Source of the DNA: a virus
Lineage: Duplodnaviria > Caudoviricetes
Length of the DNA stretch: 24,765 nucleotides
Direction: 5' to 3' (one strand)
IMG/VR virus record: IMGVR_UViG_3300046167_000296
Coordinates: 1 to 24,765 of that record
The translations under genes and the position numbers were made by a program. Shown here piece by piece: positions 24,424 through 24,765 of the stretch (position 1 is its first letter; each line of letters starts with the position of its first letter). A model generated the notes under the pieces. The model saw nothing but the letters and a program-made list of their open reading frames with translations, searched no databases and had not been told where the DNA came from.

Positions 24424-24765
24424 ATGAATCCAAAAGTTATTCAAAACGTAAATGAACATTTACAAAAAGAAAGTCTTTCTATTCAAAAAGTAGATTTAAA
24501 TAAAATACAAGACGCAAAAAACCTATTAAAAGAAGGTAATAGAGAGCTAGCTATTATTGAAAAAAATGGAGAAGAAGCTAATAGATTATTAAATCTAGTA
24601 GGACGAGTTGGAGATGATTTTTTAAGAAGTAGTTATAGTGAAGCTGAAGATTTAATTATACAAATTGAAAGAGCAGCTAAAGATTTTGGTGTACCTGTCC
24701 CAAACGAAGTAAATCAATTAAAAAAAATGATGGATACAGGATTACAATATAGAAAACGTTATTCA
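24424..24765 (+). CDS. Helical hypothetical protein of the head region, 3'-truncated
   Basis: MNPKVIQNVNEHLQKESLSIQKVDL...AAKDFGV...; the frame stays open to the window end. Confidence 0.7.
   Translation, partial: MNPKVIQNVNEHLQKESLSIQKVDLNKIQDAKNLLKEGNRELAIIEKNGEEANRLLNLVGRVGDDFLRSSYSEAEDLIIQIERAAKDFGVPVPNEVNQLKKMMDTGLQYRKRYS

Noticed and set aside
1-24765. Alternative genetic code, tRNAs, integrase or insertion sequences
   Set aside because: Genes tile densely under the standard code with TAA, TAG and TGA all used as stops. No cloverleaf, recombinase or transposase motifs were recognised.
1-24765. Retention of C-containing palindromes (AGATCT, AAGCTT) as support for base modification
   Set aside because: Several copies are visible, but observed/expected ratios cannot be computed reliably by eye, so this was not used as evidence.

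Overview
The window is about 24.8 kb of a very AT-rich tailed dsDNA phage genome. It is probably a siphovirus-like phage of marine or aquatic Flavobacteriia/Bacteroidota, based on TAnnTTTG-type promoter boxes and A-rich leaders without Shine-Dalgarno sites. All credible genes lie on the + strand, in this order: 3' part of a modular tail fibre with an S74-type chaperone (split by a +1 frameshift); lysis cassette (amidase, holins); an intergenic polypyrimidine double mirror repeat; NinG, ERF, SSB-like, helicase and an ECF-like sigma factor; a six-gene nucleotide/DNA-modification cassette (8156-12031); RecE-like exonuclease and a DnaA-C-like HTH protein; terS/terL; an island of small ORFs; a tail chaperone with a probable -1 frameshift, tail genes and tape measure; XkdF-like prohead protease. 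The standout is the modification cassette. It combines a thymidylate-synthase-fold enzyme carrying the dCMP-specifying Asp, MazG, an aGPT-Pplase-like DNA transferase, a fold-II PLP enzyme, and a protein that appears to fuse a T4 beta-glucosyltransferase-like N-domain to an SGNH domain. Together these suggest a kinase-free cytosine hypermodification pathway that I do not recognise as described. All family calls come from motifs read by eye and reference sequences recalled from memory; no database search was run.
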